A DNA stretch of 64,000 nucleotides from an uncultured Lachnospiraceae bacterium (GTDB taxonomy: Bacteria; Bacillota; Clostridia; Lachnospirales; Lachnospiraceae): positions 1,382 through 65,381 of the forward strand of contig CAJTRA010000006.1 of the NCBI GenBank assembly GCA_910578345.1, read 5' to 3'. The notes beneath the pieces are model-generated. The model saw nothing but the letters and a program-made list of their open reading frames with translations, had not been told where the DNA came from and did no database searches. Below, one piece after another: positions 60,454-64,000 of this stretch; the first letter of the stretch is position 1; the number at the start of each line of letters is the position of its first letter. A program made the translations under genes and the position numbers.

Positions 60454-62715
60454 ATGGATCGAAAATGGAACCAAACCAGACAGGATGACTATATTCTGAT
60501 TGATAATGCAGACGGAGAGACATTGGGACTTGCGGCGGACAGTAAAGTCAGGATCTTGACGGTGGACGGCTATGCTTTCAAGGACTTTCTGGGCAGCGGT
60601 GAGCTGGTGCCCTACGAAGACTGGCGTTTGCCTTATGAAGAGCGTGCCAGGGATCTGGCAGAAAGATTGTCCATGGAGGATATCGCAGGATTGATGCTGT
60701 ACAGCGCGCACCAGCTGATCCCGGCAAGGGGACCGAGGGCTGCAGTGTTCGGCGGGACCTATGGAGGCAAAAGCTTTGAGGAGAGCGGCGCCGATCCCTG
60801 GGAGTTGACAGACCAACAGAAGGAATTCATTGTAAAAGATAAAGTGCGTCACGTTCTGGTCATGAGACTGGAGAGCACAGAGACAGCGGTCCGCTGGAAT
60901 AATAAGCTGCAGGCGCTGGCGGAGAATTCGGGTTTCGGCATTCCGGCGAATAACAGTTCCGATCCGCGTCATGGAGCAGGTTCAACGGCAGAGTATATGG
61001 GCGTGACCGGGGAGTCGATCTCTAAGTGGGCCAATGGAATCGGTCTTTCCGCATCTTTTGACCCAGCGCTTGTGAGGGAATTTGGAGAGATTGCCTCCGC
61101 GGAATATCGCGCCCTGGGAATCACGACCGCGCTTTCGCCACAGATTGATCTGGCCACAGAGCCGCGCTGGATGCGGTTTGCAGATACTTTCGGCGAGCAT
61201 ACGCAGATGACGATCGATATGACGAAGGCTTACTGCGACGGGTTCCAGACGACAGAGAAGAGTAAGACTGGCTGGGGAAAAGACAGTGTGAACACGATGG
61301 TCAAGCATTTCCCAGGAGGCGGCACGTGTGAAGGCGGCAGGGATGCACACTATGGTTACGGAAAGTACGCAGTTTATCCGGGTGGAAATGACAAGGAGCA
61401 TTTGCGGCCGTTTACAGAGGGCGCTTTTGCACTTGACGGCAGGACCGGAAAGGCCAGTGCGGTGATGCCCTATTATACGATCTCTTATGGATTGGACCAG
61501 AAATATGGTGAGAATGTAGGCAATTCGTACAGCAAATATCTGATTCAGGATCTGCTCCGGGAAGAATTGGGATATGAGGGAGTGGTCTGTACAGACTGGG
61601 GGATCACACATGATATCGGGGAAGCAGAAGAGACTTTTGCCGGAAAATGCTGGGGCGTTGAGCATCTGACGGAGGCGCAGCGGCACTGCAAGGCATTAGA
61701 GGCGGGCGTGGATCAGTTTGGGGGAAATAACAAGGTAGCGCCTGTGATGGAAGCATATCGGATGCTTTGTGAGAAGTATGGTACAGAAGCGGCGGACGCC
61801 CGGTTTCGGCGTTCGGCTTACAGACTGCTATTGAATATTTTCCGGACAGGGTTGTTTGAGAATCCCTATCTGGATTTGGAGAAGTCCCTGCAGACAGTAG
61901 GATGTCCGGCATATACAAAGAAAGGATATGAATCTCAGTTAAAATCAGTGACGTTATTGAAGAATAGAGATAAGACACTGCCTTTAAAGGAAGGGATCAA
62001 AGTCTACATACCGGACAGATTTATCAGATCCCATATGAGCTTTATGAGCACGCCCACGGGCGATCAGACGATAACTCCTGCAGGAAAACGGGCGGCGGCA
62101 CAATATTTTACAGTAGTGGACACGCCGGAAGAAGCAGATGCAGCAGTGTGTTTCATAGAATCTCCAATTTCTGCCGGCTATTCCCCCAAAGACCGGGAGG
62201 CAGGCGGAACCGGTTATGTGCCGGTTACACTGCAGTATCGGCCTTATCAGGCAGTGCATGCGAGACCGCATAGTCTGGCGGGCGGGGATCCTCTGGAAGA
62301 ATTCACGGATCGCAGCTATCACGGTAAGTGGAACAGGGCTGCCAATGAGGCGGATCTGGATCTGGTGGAGGAGATGAGAAAGCGGATGGGCAGCAAGCCT
62401 GTTATCACGGTAGTGGCGCTGAAGAACCCGACCGTTATGGCTGAACTGGAACCCTGTTCGGATGCACTCATTGTAGAGTACGGTGTCAGTCCACAGGCGG
62501 TCCTGGACGTGATCACAGGAAGATTTACCCCGGAAGGGCTGCTTCCGGTGCAGATGCCGGCCAATATGGAGACCGTGGAGAGGCAGAAGGAAGATGTGGC
62601 GTTTGATATGGAATGCTATCAAGACGGAGAAGGACATGCCTATGATTTTGGATTTGGCATGAATTTCGACGGTGTGATCGCAGATGAAAGGGTTGACAGA
62701 TACCGTAAAGGTTAA
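60454..62715 (+). CDS. Glycoside hydrolase family 3 (beta-glucosidase-like)
   Basis: SSDPRH, SPQIDLATEPRW.R, VKHFPG, VMPYY, VCTDW (nucleophile), GVDQFG. Confidence 0.93.
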   Translation: MDRKWNQTRQDDYILIDNADGETLGLAADSKVRILTVDGYAFKDFLGSGELVPYEDWRLPYEERARDLAERLSMEDIAGLMLYSAHQLIPARGPRAAVFGGTYGGKSFEESGADPWELTDQQKEFIVKDKVRHVLVMRLESTETAVRWNNKLQALAENSGFGIPANNSSDPRHGAGSTAEYMGVTGESISKWANGIGLSASFDPALVREFGEIASAEYRALGITTALSPQIDLATEPRWMRFADTFGEHTQMTIDMTKAYCDGFQTTEKSKTGWGKDSVNTMVKHFPGGGTCEGGRDAHYGYGKYAVYPGGNDKEHLRPFTEGAFALDGRTGKASAVMPYYTISYGLDQKYGENVGNSYSKYLIQDLLREELGYEGVVCTDWGITHDIGEAEETFAGKCWGVEHLTEAQRHCKALEAGVDQFGGNNKVAPVMEAYRMLCEKYGTEAADARFRRSAYRLLLNIFRTGLFENPYLDLEKSLQTVGCPAYTKKGYESQLKSVTLLKNRDKTLPLKEGIKVYIPDRFIRSHMSFMSTPTGDQTITPAGKRAAAQYFTVVDTPEEADAAVCFIESPISAGYSPKDREAGGTGYVPVTLQYRPYQAVHARPHSLAGGDPLEEFTDRSYHGKWNRAANEADLDLVEEMRKRMGSKPVITVVALKNPTVMAELEPCSDALIVEYGVSPQAVLDVITGRFTPEGLLPVQMPANMETVERQKEDVAFDMECYQDGEGHAYDFGFGMNFDGVIADERVDRYRKG

Positions 62716-62766
62716 TTGCTTAAGACGGTGAAGCAGGTCTGGGCATTATGTGGAACGGAGGGCAGT

Positions 62767-62901
62767 ATGGGAACAATTATTGTATTAGCGATCGTAGCGG
62801 CCTGTGTTGTACTTGCAGTGCGCAGTATGATCAAGAACAGGAAAGCGGGGGGATCTCTTTCTTGCGGCGGAGACTGCAGACATTGCGGCGGTTGTCACTG
62901 A
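62767..62901 (+). CDS. FeoB-associated Cys-rich small membrane protein
   Basis: MGTIIVLAIVAACVVLAVRSMIKNRKAGGSLSCGGDCRHCGGCH: one TM, basic patch, CxxxCxxCxxC; GGAGG RBS. Confidence 0.85.
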   Translation: MGTIIVLAIVAACVVLAVRSMIKNRKAGGSLSCGGDCRHCGGCH

Positions 62902-63164
62902 CTTATCGTAAGCGGCATTTCTATTGTCGTTAACGATAGCAGAGAGAGTTTTTGTACGGTTTTTGATGGTGCAACTGTCAGTTGACAAATTTCCAAGTGC
63001 TATTGATGGCCTTTCTCTGTATTTTAGGGTATAAAAGAAGGGAAGATGCGCAATAAAACAGCGCAGAGATGAGGTAAATCATGATATATAGTAAACGACA
63101 TAACAGGAAAGGAGATATTGCACAGGAAGAACGATAAAAGCAATGTGCAGAAAAGGGACATATT

Positions 63165-64000
63165 ATGACACTTGGAGAAAAGATCTATTCGCTTCGAATA
63201 AGGAGTGGGCTTTCCCAGGAAGCTTTTGGGGAGAAGCTTTCGGTATCGAGGCAGTCTGTCTCGAAATGGGAGACAGACCAGTCGGTTCCGGAACTGGATA
63301 AAATCGTGTTGATCAGCAACTTATTCATGGTCAGTACGGATTATCTGTTAAAGGAAACCATAAGCGATGAGACGGCGGTGGGAGAGAAAGGAAGCCTGGG
63401 CATGGAACAGGGATCTGCGTATATCGAACGGAATGCATGTGGGGATCAGATCTATGTGGTGGCAAAACACAGAGTTTTCTATGAGTATAAGAGTAAGAAG
63501 AGCTGGCGGGGACTTCCTCTCGTACATGTGAATATTGGTTTTGGGAGATCGGCGAAAGGAGTGATCGCGATCGGCCTTGCTGCGAAAGGGATCGTTGCAA
63601 TCGGCCTGGCTGGTCTGGGTATCATTACACTGGCGCCAGTCGGGATCGGTCTTCTGTTGTCCATGGGGGTTATTGCAGTCGGTGGAATTGCATTGGGAAA
63701 TTTCGCGGTCGGCATAATAGCGCTGGGCGCTGTCTGCGTCGGATTATTTTCGATGGGAGCGCTGGCGGTAGGGCAGTTTAGCCTGGGCGCAATGGCCATT
63801 GGACAACAGGTTGCGGTGGGCGATGTAGCGCACGGAAATATTGCGTTGGGTTTCAGCGAGGCGTCGGGAACCATTTTCCAGCAGGTTACGGGTAAGCAGA
63901 GCGGTTTTGATCCACAGGATGTACTGAGGGCGATCGACGAGAACGTGAGCAGCTACTGGTATCCTTTTAAGCAGTGGATCAAGGCAATGATCCGGATTAT
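63165..64000 (+). CDS. XRE-family HTH protein with Gly-rich membrane C-terminal domain (runs off window end)
   Basis: Not in the ORF track. Manual translation: MTLGEKIYSLR...LSQEAFGEKLSVSRQSVSKWETDQSVPELDK...YEYKSKKSWRGLPLVHVNIG...AKGVIAIGLAAKGIVAIG; no stop before 64000. Confidence 0.88.
   Translation, partial: MTLGEKIYSLRIRSGLSQEAFGEKLSVSRQSVSKWETDQSVPELDKIVLISNLFMVSTDYLLKETISDETAVGEKGSLGMEQGSAYIERNACGDQIYVVAKHRVFYEYKSKKSWRGLPLVHVNIGFGRSAKGVIAIGLAAKGIVAIGLAGLGIITLAPVGIGLLLSMGVIAVGGIALGNFAVGIIALGAVCVGLFSMGALAVGQFSLGAMAIGQQVAVGDVAHGNIALGFSEASGTIFQQVTGKQSGFDPQDVLRAIDENVSSYWYPFKQWIKAMIRI

Noticed and set aside
63081..63137. 18-codon ORF MIYSKRHNRKGDIAQEER after GAGGT
   Set aside because: Too short, with no supporting features; it overlaps the likely promoter region of the XRE gene.

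Overview
This is a gene-dense 64 kb chromosomal window. Gene content, sigma-A-type promoters and a T-box point to a Gram-positive anaerobe of the Clostridia, probably Lachnospiraceae (inferred, not proven). I found no rRNA, tRNA, CRISPR array, transposase or phage genes. From left to right it contains: a partial flavin reductase; a MATE transporter; an Amt-PII fusion behind an ANTAR-like double-terminator leader, followed by purF; a Trp T-box and trpEGDCFBA; a carboxylesterase; a DUF2975/HTH/DUF4153-like/B12-radical-SAM unit; an MBOAT/SGNH-like/xth/CotH unit; a Cof hydrolase; an OmpR two-component system with an FtsX-type ABC exporter; an AraC-msmEFG-like-GH36 locus; a class II aldolase-family gene; a second sugar ABC-GH2-ArsR-like locus; an unusual surface-glycosylation cluster (47.1-55.8 kb); murG, pgi, mscL, a GH3 and a partial XRE-membrane protein. 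The best candidate for an undescribed system is the 47-56 kb cluster. It encodes a tandem nucleotidyltransferase, a GT-C-like membrane protein fused to a phosphoribulokinase-like domain, a HAD phosphatase, a polyprenol-phosphate GT2, a GDPD-like protein and a second GT-C, possibly completed by the aldolase-family gene 8 kb upstream. It reads like a pathway that activates a ketose and transfers it via a lipid carrier. The second highlight is a two-hairpin element of about 88 nt present twice (33398 and 51098) with the same geometry and compensatory base changes. All family calls come from motif recognition by eye; no searches were run.
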